From assembly GCA_028289135.1 (NCBI GenBank), contig JAQGGW010000003.1, positions 2,015 through 66,014 of the forward strand: a stretch of DNA of 64,000 bases, written 5' to 3'. A program made the position numbers and the translations under genes. This document shows positions 51,154 to 60,262 of the stretch, piece by piece. This DNA is from Candidatus Saccharimonadota bacterium. GTDB lineage: Bacteria; Patescibacteriota; Saccharimonadia; Saccharimonadales; JACDBH01. Within the stretch, counting starts at the first letter, position 1. Each line of letters begins with the position of its first letter. Under the pieces are notes generated by a model, which had not been told where the DNA came from, did not search any database, and was given only the letters and a program-made list of their open reading frames with translations.

Positions 51154-52530
51154 TTATTTGGGCAGATTGAATGACTTTTTTATGTCACTGACTAAAAGTT
51201 GGGTTTTAATGCTTAAGTCGTCGTCTTTGGCCATAATTTTGCCAAACTTTGTAACTTTGATAATACGCCTGCCTGTACCAATCAGATCGCCTTTTTTGTA
51301 CCTGCACAAAACCAGTACCATATCTTCGCCTTTTAGATCACTTACAGAGTAGGCGGGCTTTACAAATTCGAGCTTGCCGTCTTTGTAGAGGTAAATACCC
51401 GGATGGATTGTTTCTTTTAGTTCAAAGTCCACTTCAAGCGGGTTGTTAAAAATCATAAACGACACCGGCTTTTTATAGCGGCCGGCACTTGGAAGTTTGT
51501 CAGTGTCTGTTACTTCGTAATCAAAGTTACCCAGCTCCAAAGCGTGCAACAGCAAGAACGGGATCTTGCCTTCGTTCAGCTGCATATCACTAATAAGGTG
51601 CGAATAACCGGTGTGGCGGGCGTTGATTTCAATGGCATAGACTTCGTTTTCTGGTGTTACGATCAGGTCAATCCCAAAGATGCCCTTATAGCCGTGGCTG
51701 GCAAGCTCCGAACCGACTACCGAAGCGATCTCGCGCGACTGGTGCTGCACAATGTCTGGATATTCCACGCCAACTTCACCGCCGCACCACTTTGTCGTGC
51801 CTTCGAGCTTTGGATTGCAAAGATATTTGCTGGTCACGAGCTGGCGCTGGATGCCGCCACTAAAAATACCGTACTTGGTAATGCAAACCTGGATGCTTGA
51901 TGTCTGTCCGGCAACGTAGCGCGAGACAACGACCGAGCGGCCCTGGGAGAATTTCTTAAGCAGCTTAACGGCGTCTACAAATTCATCATAATTGTGGACG
52001 ATGTAAGTCCCGCGTGAACCAAATGATTCTTCGTCCTGAAGCACCATCGAAGTGCCAAGCTCTTCGCGGAGTTCGCGGTAGGATGCAGCCTTGTCGAGTT
52101 CGGAAATATACTTAATTTCGTATTCTGGCATTCGGATCAGGTCGGCAAATTCGTCGCGGAAATAACGCTTGTTTTCGTAGGCGTGCGCGATGGTTGGCGA
52201 GTTCATGAGCAGCGCCAGCGGGTTTACTTTATAAGGCGGATCAACTGGCGAATACAGCAAATACTTGCGCTTTGGCTCGCTTTTAGTTAGTTCAACAAAC
52301 TTCTTTAGCTTAACCAGGCGGGACACACCTTCAATGGCATTAGTTTCCATGCCAAGATCACTAATGCTGCCTTTGAGCGGCAGTTCGTAGAGCCATTCCT
52401 GGCGCTCGCCAGTTACAATTTTAAAATCATCAAAAAACTGGTCGTGCAGCAAGAAAGTAAAGGGGTCGTCGTGAATTGCCCCGACCTGTGTCGAGCGGTT
52501 GTACTGGATCGCGTTTGAGAGTTTATGCAT
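51154..52530 (-). CDS. ATP-grasp domain protein with N- and C-terminal extensions, unknown substrate
   Basis: Central ATP-grasp motifs are SRGTYIVHNYDEF, SRYVAGQTSSIQV and GIFGIDLIVTPENEVYAIEINARHTG. 458 aa. Confidence 0.7.
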   Translation of the reverse strand: MHKLSNAIQYNRSTQVGAIHDDPFTFLLHDQFFDDFKIVTGERQEWLYELPLKGSISDLGMETNAIEGVSRLVKLKKFVELTKSEPKRKYLLYSPVDPPYKVNPLALLMNSPTIAHAYENKRYFRDEFADLIRMPEYEIKYISELDKAASYRELREELGTSMVLQDEESFGSRGTYIVHNYDEFVDAVKLLKKFSQGRSVVVSRYVAGQTSSIQVCITKYGIFSGGIQRQLVTSKYLCNPKLEGTTKWCGGEVGVEYPDIVQHQSREIASVVGSELASHGYKGIFGIDLIVTPENEVYAIEINARHTGYSHLISDMQLNEGKIPFLLLHALELGNFDYEVTDTDKLPSAGRYKKPVSFMIFNNPLEVDFELKETIHPGIYLYKDGKLEFVKPAYSVSDLKGEDMVLVLCRYKKGDLIGTGRRIIKVTKFGKIMAKDDDLSIKTQLLVSDIKKSFNLPK

Positions 52531-52573
52531 TGGTTTACCAGTCTTTCCGTTACGTTACAGAGCCTATCATTTA

Positions 52574-52602
52574 ATTATACCACATTATGTGTTATAAAGC
52601 AA
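52574..52602 (-). promoter_or_regulatory. candidate promoter of the ATP-grasp operon
   Basis: The minus strand reads TTGCTT-N17-TGGTATAAT (extended -10), about 45 nt upstream of the ATG at 52530. One GTGTTATAA motif overlaps the spacer. Confidence 0.45.
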
Positions 52603-52743
52603 TAGTTTTTAGGTGTTATATCAAGAGTTTCAGGCAGGGTCAAAGGTCAAGTTTTTGGTTATCAAACAACTGATAACTCTTCCTTTATAACACCTGTGAG
52701 CAGTTATGTACACTGTTTAATTAACTGTGGCCGTTAGGGTTGT

Positions 52744-52890
52744 TTATTTCTGGGCTTTTAGGACTCTTAGGTAAACTAGCGCCAGCACAGCCGCAAGAAC
52801 CAATATTAGGCATATTACTAGGGTAATAAAGCCTTGCTGGCTAGCCTGTACATCTGATTTTGAGCCCAGTTTTGAGCGAAGCTTACGCAT
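52744..52890 (-). CDS. small membrane protein (48 aa, below the ORF-track cutoff)
   Basis: Reads MRKLRSKLGSKSDVQASQQGFITLVICLILVLAAVLALVYLRVLKAQK. Begins 65 nt downstream of dnaJ on the same strand. Confidence 0.35.
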   Translation of the reverse strand: MRKLRSKLGSKSDVQASQQGFITLVICLILVLAAVLALVYLRVLKAQK

Positions 52891-52955
52891 AATTAGCCCT
52901 AACTATCACGCATATGCTTAGCTTTGTAAAGCGTGAAAAGTGCTGTGCCAAAGGA

Positions 52956-54059
52956 TTATTTGCGGCCAAAAAGGCCGTGCTTGTGTTCGGAGGCGATTTC
53001 AAACTGTTCGAGGAGCTCTCTTTGGGTCTTATTAATGTCGCGCGGGGTTTCAACATTAATGGTCAGGATATGCGCGCCTCTTGTACCGGTGCGAAGGTGC
53101 GGAACGCCGTGGTTAGACAGCTTAAAGTCAGTGCCGCTCTGCGTCCCCGCTGGGATTTTCATTTTAATGTCGCCATCCACTGTAGCTACGTCGATTTCGT
53201 CGCCCAGTGTGGCTTGGACCATAGAGATAGTCTGCTCGGATAAAATCAGGTCGCCTTCGCGCGTAAAGTGCTTGTGCGGCTTGACCTTGATGTTTACGTA
53301 TAAATCACCGCGCGGACCGTTGGCAATTGCTTCTCCGTGCTCACGCAGGCGGATGGTAGCGCCGTCGTCAATGCCAGCTGGGACTTTGAGCGTTACTTCC
53401 TGGTTTTTGTGCTCGGTGCCTTTGCCTTTGCAGACGCTACAGACCATTTCCGGGACTTTGCCGGTGCCGTGGCAGGTTGGGCAGACGCTGGCTTGCTGGA
53501 TATTGCCAAAAATAGTCCGGGTAACGCTCATCACCTGGCCGGAACCTTTACAGGTGCCGCAAGCTTTTAGCTCATGGCCTGGCTCGGCCGTGGTGCCTTT
53601 GCAGTGTTCGCATGGGATGTCCATGACCATGTTCAGCTCGGTTTCGGTGCCAAAAACAGCGTCTTCGAACGTAATAACCATCTCGGTCTCAACGTCACGG
53701 CCTCTGCGGGCACGTGTGCCGCGCTGCTGGCCGCCAAAAAAGCTGCTAAAGATGTCGCCAAATCCAAGGTCGCCAAAGTCAAAGTTAACGTTTTGGCCGC
53801 CCTGGCCTCCAAAGCCAGCAAACGGATCACCGCCGCCGCCACTGCCGCCGACACCGGCATGGCCAAACTGGTCGTAGCGCTGGCGTTTTTTGTCGTCTTT
53901 TAGGACTTCGTAGGCCTCATTAATTTCTTTAAATTTGGTCTCGTCGCCGCCGCGATCGGGGTGGTGTTCGATAGCCGCTTTGCGGTAAGCTTTTTTAAGC
54001 TCATCGGCACTTGCCGACTTATTAACACCGAGTACTTCGTAATAATCACGCTTATCCAT
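52956..54059 (-). CDS. dnaJ: molecular chaperone DnaJ
   Basis: J-domain with HPD, a Gly-rich region, and four CxxCxGxG zinc motifs ([32 protein letters not shown]). Confidence 0.97.
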   Translation of the reverse strand: MDKRDYYEVLGVNKSASADELKKAYRKAAIEHHPDRGGDETKFKEINEAYEVLKDDKKRQRYDQFGHAGVGGSGGGGDPFAGFGGQGGQNVNFDFGDLGFGDIFSSFFGGQQRGTRARRGRDVETEMVITFEDAVFGTETELNMVMDIPCEHCKGTTAEPGHELKACGTCKGSGQVMSVTRTIFGNIQQASVCPTCHGTGKVPEMVCSVCKGKGTEHKNQEVTLKVPAGIDDGATIRLREHGEAIANGPRGDLYVNIKVKPHKHFTREGDLILSEQTISMVQATLGDEIDVATVDGDIKMKIPAGTQSGTDFKLSNHGVPHLRTGTRGAHILTINVETPRDINKTQRELLEQFEIASEHKHGLFGRK

Positions 54060-54069
54060 TATGTCTATT

Positions 54070-54096
54070 TTAGCACTTTCGGCCCATGAGTGCCAA
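54070..54096. promoter_or_regulatory. CIRCE operator upstream of dnaJ
   Basis: TTAGCACTT-N9-GAGTGCCAA versus the consensus TTAGCACTC-N9-GAGTGCTAA. It lies 10 nt upstream of the dnaJ ATG. Confidence 0.8.
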
Positions 54097-54171
54097 CATG
54101 AGCGTTATACTTTTTCATAAAAACGCGCCCTGGTTATAGGACGCGTTTTTGCCCGCATGCTAGCTTTTAAC

Positions 54172-54441
54172 TTAGATAGCTGAATTGTGACCACGGCCGC
54201 TAACAGCGCGGTAGATGCCAAGCGCGATGCAAGCGCCAACGACTGCTACGACAACGCTGTAGAGGTTAAATCCTGTGACGCCGTTTTTACCAAACAAGCC
54301 CATAATCATGCCGCCGATAAAAGCGCCGATGATACCCACGATAATGTTCCCGAGTGCGCCCTGGTTTGCGTCGGTTCCCATAATCATTGAACCAATCCAA
54401 CCTGCTAAAGCACCTAGCACGATCCAAGCGATAATTCCCAT
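54172..54441 (-). CDS. GlsB/YeaQ/YmgE-family stress membrane protein
   Basis: Starts MGIIAWIVLGALAGWIGSMIMG with Gly-zipper TM helices. ATG at 54441 with AAGGAG upstream, so the track extension is rejected. Confidence 0.8.
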   Translation of the reverse strand: MGIIAWIVLGALAGWIGSMIMGTDANQGALGNIIVGIIGAFIGGMIMGLFGKNGVTGFNLYSVVVAVVGACIALGIYRAVSGRGHNSAI

Positions 54442-54602
54442 TGTGTTATTCTCCTTACTTTTTACTACTTCACAAGTATCGCAATTGGCGGCTTTTTCAG
54501 ATATGAGATATCTCACGCGCTAGGTGTAGAATTTCTCGGTTGGCCGTTTCGACCCCTGTAAAATTTAATGTTATAAAAAGGTGTTATACTGGATTGTACG
54601 AT

Positions 54603-56060
54603 ATGAAGTTTACGCGCCGCGACTCCGCAACCTTCTTCACTTCTTCTCTCCTGATTGGAATTCTGACCGACATGTTAATCCGCCAACGCATCTTTGGCCT
54701 GAACTTTTTTGTATGGACTGTTGCCTGGACCGGCATTATGCTGCTGGCTGCAATTATGAAGCGGCACATTTCGCGGCGGTTTCTTTTGTTTAGCGGTTTT
54801 GCGCTTTTAAATTCATTTTTGGTTTATGTCCGGATTGAGCCGGTGGTGCAGGCCTGGTCGGTCGTTATTACTTTAGTTTCGCTGACTCTTATGACAGGCG
54901 CATTGTTTGCCGAAAACTTTTTAAATCTTGGGATTACTAACCGGGCTATCGAATTTATTTCGAGCATACCTGGTGTTATAAAGTCTGACGCAAAGCTTAT
55001 GTATAGGCTGCTCAACAACCGGTCTGAGAGCCATAAAAAGACTAGGATAAATGTTGGCATTATTGTGGCCGTAATTCTTGGGCTAATTTTTATCGGTTTG
55101 TTTTCTGGGTCGGACGCAGTTTTTAGGCATCAGTTTAGTTTTATCGGTACGTTTTTTAGTAGCATCGGCAACTGGCTTTCGCACTACAACCTCGCCCGGG
55201 TTTTCTCGATTATTTTCTGGTCTGGGGTTGCTGGCGCTGGTCTTTTGACCTTAGCCGGCAAAGACTCGCCCGCCAAAGAGCTTGTTATGCCTGCCAAAAA
55301 GTACTTCTCGCGTAATGATACCGTCATAATTTTGAGCACGCTGACCGCAGTTTTTGGCTTCTTTATTCTTATCCAGATCAAATATTTGTTTGCCGGCGGG
55401 ACACTGCCAGACGGTTTGACCTATGCCAACTACGCCCGCCGCGGTTACGGTGAACTGCTGCTGGCTACGATGTTGGCATCAGCCGTTATCTACGCCGCCA
55501 TCGCTTTTACCCGCGAAAAAGCCCACACCTTGACCGCCCGCATTTTGTCGAATGTGCTGGTTGTTTTAAACGGCATCGTGGTGCTATCGGCCTGGAAACG
55601 GCTGAGTTTATATGAAAGCGCCTACGGCTGGACGATGACACGCTTTATTGCCCGTCTTGGCCTGATCTGCATTTTGCTTGGTTCGATTTTGCTACTGTTT
55701 TGGGTTAACAAAAAGATTTCTGCCCGGCGTTTGTTTGGTTTTAGCTGGTACGCGGTTGCTGGGGTCTTGATGATTGCAGCGCTATTGAATCCGGTTGGCA
55801 TTATCACCCAGAAAAACATATCCGAGCGCCCGCAGCGCGAAACTAAGCTAGATACTGAATTTATCAGGGGTCTTTCTGCAGACAGCTATCCCGCCCTATG
55901 TAAGTACGCGGCCACACTTAAAAACAAATACCCCGGCGAATATAATTCACTTCAAAACCTTGCGCCAAATGTTAACCAATTTGTTGTCAGCAAAGGCCTG
56001 TCCGCCCACCGTACAACCGCCAAAGCTTACATAGACAAATACAGTAACTGCCTAGAATAA
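54603..56060 (+). CDS. polytopic membrane protein (DUF4153/DUF4173-like)
   Basis: About 12 TM helices. ATG at 54603 (MKFTRRDSATFF) is preferred over the track start. Family call is from memory and tentative. Confidence 0.5.
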   Translation: MKFTRRDSATFFTSSLLIGILTDMLIRQRIFGLNFFVWTVAWTGIMLLAAIMKRHISRRFLLFSGFALLNSFLVYVRIEPVVQAWSVVITLVSLTLMTGALFAENFLNLGITNRAIEFISSIPGVIKSDAKLMYRLLNNRSESHKKTRINVGIIVAVILGLIFIGLFSGSDAVFRHQFSFIGTFFSSIGNWLSHYNLARVFSIIFWSGVAGAGLLTLAGKDSPAKELVMPAKKYFSRNDTVIILSTLTAVFGFFILIQIKYLFAGGTLPDGLTYANYARRGYGELLLATMLASAVIYAAIAFTREKAHTLTARILSNVLVVLNGIVVLSAWKRLSLYESAYGWTMTRFIARLGLICILLGSILLLFWVNKKISARRLFGFSWYAVAGVLMIAALLNPVGIITQKNISERPQRETKLDTEFIRGLSADSYPALCKYAATLKNKYPGEYNSLQNLAPNVNQFVVSKGLSAHRTTAKAYIDKYSNCLE

Positions 56061-56076
56061 TTTGAAAATTATTATT

Positions 56077-56466
56077 TTAGATGATTTCGGTAACTGCAGC
56101 TAACCCTGCTAATATTTTAACTCTAGCTTTTTCAATATCTTCTTTATTATTATCTGCTATCAAAATGCCTTCCTCGAGTTCGACTTCAAATTCATCCCCA
56201 TTGTCCCAGAAAAGAACGATTCTATGATCTGGTATTACTTGGTCATCCAAACTAATAAGCCCAATAAAATCAATAACGTGTACTACTGAATCGACTGCAG
56301 GATCGTATGAATATTTTAAGCGTGATGAGCCCGATACTATTTCTAGGTCAGCTGCATCTTCAGGCGATTCCGGTATATAGTCTGCCCCATCAAAAGCTAT
56401 ATCGACAACATCGCGTATTGCCTCCATCGCTTGGGGGGGAATAGGTATGCAGTATCCGTCTGACAT
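56077..56466 (-). CDS. hypothetical acidic protein downstream of dnaK
   Basis: 129 aa, rich in Asp and Glu. The ATG lies 2 nt after the dnaK stop. Visibly AT-richer than dnaK. No recognisable motif. Confidence 0.55.
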   Translation of the reverse strand: MSDGYCIPIPPQAMEAIRDVVDIAFDGADYIPESPEDAADLEIVSGSSRLKYSYDPAVDSVVHVIDFIGLISLDDQVIPDHRIVLFWDNGDEFEVELEEGILIADNNKEDIEKARVKILAGLAAVTEII

Positions 56467-56468
56467 TA

Positions 56469-58406
56469 CTACTTTTCTTTATCGTCTTTTTCGTTGACAA
56501 CTTCACCTTCTACTGGCTCTTCTTTATCGTCCTTCTTTTCGCTTTCTCCGTCATCGGTTTCAACAGATGCTTCGGCGCTAGCAGACGCGCTCGATGAATT
56601 TTCGTACATCTTGGCGCCAATCGGCATGATCTTTTCGCTGAGTTCTTTGCTGGCGGCTTCCAAAGCTTCTTTGTCGGCAGATTCGTCGGCAGTTATTTTT
56701 TTAGCGGCTTCAATTGCTTCGTCCAAAGTTTTAGCGTCTTCTTCCGAAATTTTGTCCTTATTGTCGGACTTCATTTTCTCGGCTTGGTAGACTGCGCTGT
56801 CAAGAGTGTTGCGCGCATCAACAGATTCACGCTTTTTCTTGTCTTCTTCGGCATGCGCTTCAGCATCTTTTGCCATTTTTTCAACTTCGTCTTTGCTAAG
56901 GCCAGAACTTCCCTGGATGGTAATGCTCTGCTCTTTGCCGGAACCCTTGTCCTTGGCGGTTACATTTAGGATTCCGTTGGCGTCGAGGTTAAAGGTCACT
57001 TCAATCTGCGGCACACCGCGCGGTGCGGCTGGAATGCCATCTAATACAAAGCGGCCTAATGATTTGTTGTCAGTGGCAAATTCGCGCTCGCCCTGCAAAA
57101 CATGGATTTCCACCTGGTTTTGGTTGTCAGCTGCGGTCGAGAAAGTCTCACTCTTAGAAGTAGGGATGGTCGTGTTTCGCTCAATTAGCTTGGTGCTGAC
57201 GGAACCCATAGTTTCGATTCCGAGAGAAAGTGGGGTTACATCAAGAAGCAAAACATCCTTAACATCGCCCTGCAAAACACCGCCCTGGATAGCTGCGCCA
57301 ACGGCGACAACTTCGTCTGGGTTCACGCCCTTCATCGGGTCTTTGCCAAAAATTTTCTTAACCTGGTCTTGGACGGCTGGCATACGTGTCATACCGCCAA
57401 CCAAAACTACGGCGTCAATGTCGCTTGCCTTTAGGCCTGCGTCCTTCAAAGCTTTTTCGCATGGGCCTGCTGTTTTTGTAATCAAATCACCAACCAGGCT
57501 TTCGAGCTTGGCGCGGGTAAGCTTGTGCTCGAAGTGCTTTGGACCATCGGCGTCCGCAGTCAAGAATGGCAGGTTGATGTTAATTTCATTCGCTGTCGAA
57601 AGCTCAATCTTGGCCTTTTCTGCTTCGTCGCGGAGGCGCTGCATAGCTGGCTTGTCTTCGGTAATATCGATGCCGTGCTCTTTTTTAAATTCGTCAGCAA
57701 AATAGTTAACTAAAACACGGTCAAAGTCGGCACCGCCAAGGTGTGTATCGCCGTTGGTGCTCTTTACTTCAAAGACCCCGTCGCCAAGTTCCAAAATTGA
57801 AACGTCAAAGGTTCCACCTCCAAGGTCGTAAACAGCAATCTTTTCGTCTTTGCTACTACCTTTATCCAAACCGTAAGCCAAAGCAGCTGCGGTTGGTTCG
57901 TTGATAATACGCTTTACTTCCAAGCCCGCGATTTTACCAGCGTCTTTGGTTGCCTGGCGCTGTGAGTCGTCAAAGTACGCAGGAACAGTAATTACCGCTT
58001 CGGTAACTGGCTGGCCCAAGAAACCCTCGGCGTCTGCCTTGAGCTTGCTTAAGATCATGGCAGAAACTTCTTCGGGGCTGTATTCTTTGTCGCCCATCTT
58101 AACTTTTACAGAGTTGCCGCTCTTAATAATCTCGTAGCCCATCAGCTTAAGGTCGCGCTGGACTTCTTTGTCGCTAAAGTTGCGGCCAATCAGGCGCTTT
58201 ACTTCATAAATCGTGTTTTTGCTGTTAGTAACTTGCTGGCGGCGGGCAAGCTGCCCGACCAAACGTTCGCCGTTTTTGTTAACAGCTACAACGCTCGGCG
58301 TTGTGCGTGCGCCTTCTGAGTTTGTGATAATTTCAGCTTTACCAGACTGCATAACAGCCATAGCCGAGTTAGTTGTTCCAAGGTCGATTCCGATAATTTT
58401 ACCCAT
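56469..58406 (-). CDS. dnaK: molecular chaperone DnaK (Hsp70)
   Basis: [17 protein letters not shown] and [10 protein letters not shown] motifs. 645 aa, RBS AAGGAG. Confidence 0.98.
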   Translation of the reverse strand: MGKIIGIDLGTTNSAMAVMQSGKAEIITNSEGARTTPSVVAVNKNGERLVGQLARRQQVTNSKNTIYEVKRLIGRNFSDKEVQRDLKLMGYEIIKSGNSVKVKMGDKEYSPEEVSAMILSKLKADAEGFLGQPVTEAVITVPAYFDDSQRQATKDAGKIAGLEVKRIINEPTAAALAYGLDKGSSKDEKIAVYDLGGGTFDVSILELGDGVFEVKSTNGDTHLGGADFDRVLVNYFADEFKKEHGIDITEDKPAMQRLRDEAEKAKIELSTANEININLPFLTADADGPKHFEHKLTRAKLESLVGDLITKTAGPCEKALKDAGLKASDIDAVVLVGGMTRMPAVQDQVKKIFGKDPMKGVNPDEVVAVGAAIQGGVLQGDVKDVLLLDVTPLSLGIETMGSVSTKLIERNTTIPTSKSETFSTAADNQNQVEIHVLQGEREFATDNKSLGRFVLDGIPAAPRGVPQIEVTFNLDANGILNVTAKDKGSGKEQSITIQGSSGLSKDEVEKMAKDAEAHAEEDKKKRESVDARNTLDSAVYQAEKMKSDNKDKISEEDAKTLDEAIEAAKKITADESADKEALEAASKELSEKIMPIGAKMYENSSSASASAEASVETDDGESEKKDDKEEPVEGEVVNEKDDKEK

Positions 58407-58472
58407 TTTTTAATTCTCCTTTTGTCTCCGGGCGGTGCCGGAGTTTTTTATAACTGGTTAAGAGTCGTATTG

Positions 58473-58499
58473 TTAGCACTGCTAGCAATAGAGTGCTAA
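58473..58499. promoter_or_regulatory. CIRCE operator (dnaK-proximal)
   Basis: TTAGCACTG-N9-GAGTGCTAA. Confidence 0.85.
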
Positions 58500-58521
58500 A
58501 ACAATGATACCACAAATAAAA

Positions 58522-58548
58522 TTGGCACTCAAGTACCTAGAGTGCCAA
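58522..58548. promoter_or_regulatory. second, CIRCE-like operator upstream of dnaK
   Basis: TTGGCACTC-N9-GAGTGCCAA is a perfect inverted repeat. On the minus strand a candidate promoter TTGAGT-N17-TATCAT lies between the two operators. Confidence 0.7.
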
Positions 58549-58554
58549 TTTATT

Positions 58555-58812
58555 TTATTCACATATTATTGTTTCTATAAAACCTATAAATTTTCTAAAT
58601 TGTGAGGCTACGTCCTGTTTTGTTCCTTCTGCGGCAACAGCTAAATACTCAGGCTCATTTATAATAATTCCAATATGGAATAAGTCTCCTCTTAAGATAT
58701 CCTCACCATCCTTAACTTCATCTGCCTCAAAAAGATCCAGTAGTCTGTGCATAGATGTAACCCACGTTAAATCTATAGTTCGCAAGAATAACTCTGGTTC
58801 CATTTCTGCCAT
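58555..58812 (-). CDS. hypothetical acidic protein between grpE and dnaK
   Basis: 85 aa, begins 12 nt after the grpE stop. Strongly AT-rich compared with its neighbours. No RBS and no motif. Confidence 0.45.
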   Translation of the reverse strand: MAEMEPELFLRTIDLTWVTSMHRLLDLFEADEVKDGEDILRGDLFHIGIIINEPEYLAVAAEGTKQDVASQFRKFIGFIETIICE

Positions 58813-58824
58813 AAAAATTTGCTA

Positions 58825-59307
58825 TCAGGTCGTTACCTTGACCATCGCGTGGCGCAAAACTTCGTCACCTAGGGTGTAGCCGGATTGTAGTTCTTCGCTC
58901 ACTACTTCTTGGTCGCCTTCGCCTTCTTCCATTGCGACGGCTTCGTGGAGGTTTGGGTCAAATAGTTCACCAACAGTTTTAATCCGCTGGACACCAATTT
59001 TGGCAAGAGCATCTTCAAACTGCTTAACAACTCCTTGGATTCCCTTAATATAGTCGTTTTTCTCAAGGTCCTTTGGCACGTGCTTGAGCGCTCGTTCAAA
59101 GTTGTCGATGGTCGGCAAAAGTTCACGCACAACAGCAGATTTATAAAAACCAGACATTTTGGCTTTTTCTTCTTCTGAGCGTCTTCGGACATTCATAGCA
59201 TCAGCACGTTCACGCTGCAAAGCATCTGTTAAATCAGCAATTTGCTGCTCCAAAACCTGCACTTCTTCGCTTTTTTGACTGATGTCACCTGGCTGTTTTT
59301 TACTCAT
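58825..59307 (-). CDS. grpE: nucleotide exchange factor GrpE
   Basis: Coiled-coil N-terminus, LLPTIDNFERAL, and a C-terminal beta domain ending RHAMVKV. 160 aa. Confidence 0.93.
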   Translation of the reverse strand: MSKKQPGDISQKSEEVQVLEQQIADLTDALQRERADAMNVRRRSEEEKAKMSGFYKSAVVRELLPTIDNFERALKHVPKDLEKNDYIKGIQGVVKQFEDALAKIGVQRIKTVGELFDPNLHEAVAMEEGEGDQEVVSEELQSGYTLGDEVLRHAMVKVTT

Positions 59308-59555
59308 TACAGCGCCTCCCCTATTTCTCTATCCATATCGCGTAGTGCCCATGCTTCAGAGTCTAATTGTGCCCTGCGTGCCTCACCCCGAGCCAATATA
59401 ATTTCAACCATGCTTGCATTAATTCCTAGTTCGGCGGCTCTAATCATAAATTGTTCCGGCGTTATATACTTTTTAGTACCTTCTAATAAGTCTGATGCCA
59501 CACCAACAAGTAAAGCATGTTCAGGGTGTACTACCGGACCATTTTCATTACTCAT
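59307..59555 (-). CDS. hypothetical protein translationally coupled between hrcA and grpE
   Basis: 82 aa from the ATG at 59555 (MSNENGP), with GAGGAGG 6 nt upstream. It overlaps the hrcA end by 8 nt, and its stop overlaps the grpE ATG (TAATG). Confidence 0.55.
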   Translation of the reverse strand: MSNENGPVVHPEHALLVGVASDLLEGTKKYITPEQFMIRAAELGINASMVEIILARGEARRAQLDSEAWALRDMDREIGEAL

Positions 59556-60252
59556 ATAGAGCCTCCTCAAGAGATTTGCCAGCATGCGTTACAAGGCTCA
59601 TAACGTCGCGGTAGCTTTGGCGCGTTGGGCCAAGAATGCCAATGTAGCTGCGGTCGCTGTAGGGGCTGCGGAATTTGGAAATAATAAGCGTACAGCCACT
59701 GTTGCGGCCAATCGGGTTCTCGCGTCCAATATAAACGCTCAGTGGGTCGTTTGGAGCGGCTTCGCGGAGCCATGGCTCAAGGTTGTCGAGCAGCTGGGCA
59801 ACTTCTTGGACTTGGCCGGGGTGCATAAATTCTGGCTGGCCAAATAGGTTAGAAAGCCCCGACATATAGAGCTGGTTGCCAAGAGTAGCCAAACCCAGGT
59901 TGCCCGTTAGGTTTACAAGCGTATCAACGGCGTTCCGGATGGTGCGTTCTGGCAAACCGCCATCAGCCACACGGGTAGCTAGCGCGCGTTCTGCACGGCG
60001 CTCGTCTGGAACTTCCGTAGCTTCGGCAAGGTGGTTAACATAATAGCGGTAGCCTTTGTCGGTGGGGACGCGGCCAGCGCTGGTGTGCGGCTGGCTAATA
60101 AAGCCGTGGCGCTCAAGCTCGGCCATTTCGGCACGAATGGTGGCACTAGAGACATGAAACAGCTTCGCGAGCAGGCTGGACCCCACAGGGCTAGCAACTT
60201 CGGCGTATTCTTCGACAATTGCCAGCAGCAAACTTTTTTGGCGTTCGGTCAT
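59548..60252 (-). CDS. hrcA: heat-inducible transcription repressor HrcA (short form)
   Basis: The N-terminal wHTH is LLLAIVEEYAEVASPVGSSLLAK...SATIRAEMAELE. The C-terminal motif IGILGPTRQSY is present. 234 aa versus the usual 340 or so. Confidence 0.88.
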   Translation of the reverse strand: MTERQKSLLLAIVEEYAEVASPVGSSLLAKLFHVSSATIRAEMAELERHGFISQPHTSAGRVPTDKGYRYYVNHLAEATEVPDERRAERALATRVADGGLPERTIRNAVDTLVNLTGNLGLATLGNQLYMSGLSNLFGQPEFMHPGQVQEVAQLLDNLEPWLREAAPNDPLSVYIGRENPIGRNSGCTLIISKFRSPYSDRSYIGILGPTRQSYRDVMSLVTHAGKSLEEALYE

Positions 60253-60262
60253 GATAATGGTT

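Noticed and set aside
52933-53877. 314-aa plus-strand ORF and several 77-109-aa ORFs antisense to dnaJ
   Set aside because: These are shadow frames of a confidently identified dnaJ. The translations are low-complexity (Pro/Ser/Ala-rich) with no motifs.
56494-58413. 299-aa and smaller plus-strand ORFs antisense to dnaK
   Set aside because: These are shadow ORFs of dnaK with Ser/Leu-rich nonsense-like translations.
59548-60252. hrcA as a truncated pseudogene
   Set aside because: Both the N-terminal winged helix and the C-terminal IGILGPTRQSY block are present in one uninterrupted frame. The downstream 82-aa ORF does not resemble the missing HrcA middle domain. It therefore appears to be a genuine short form.
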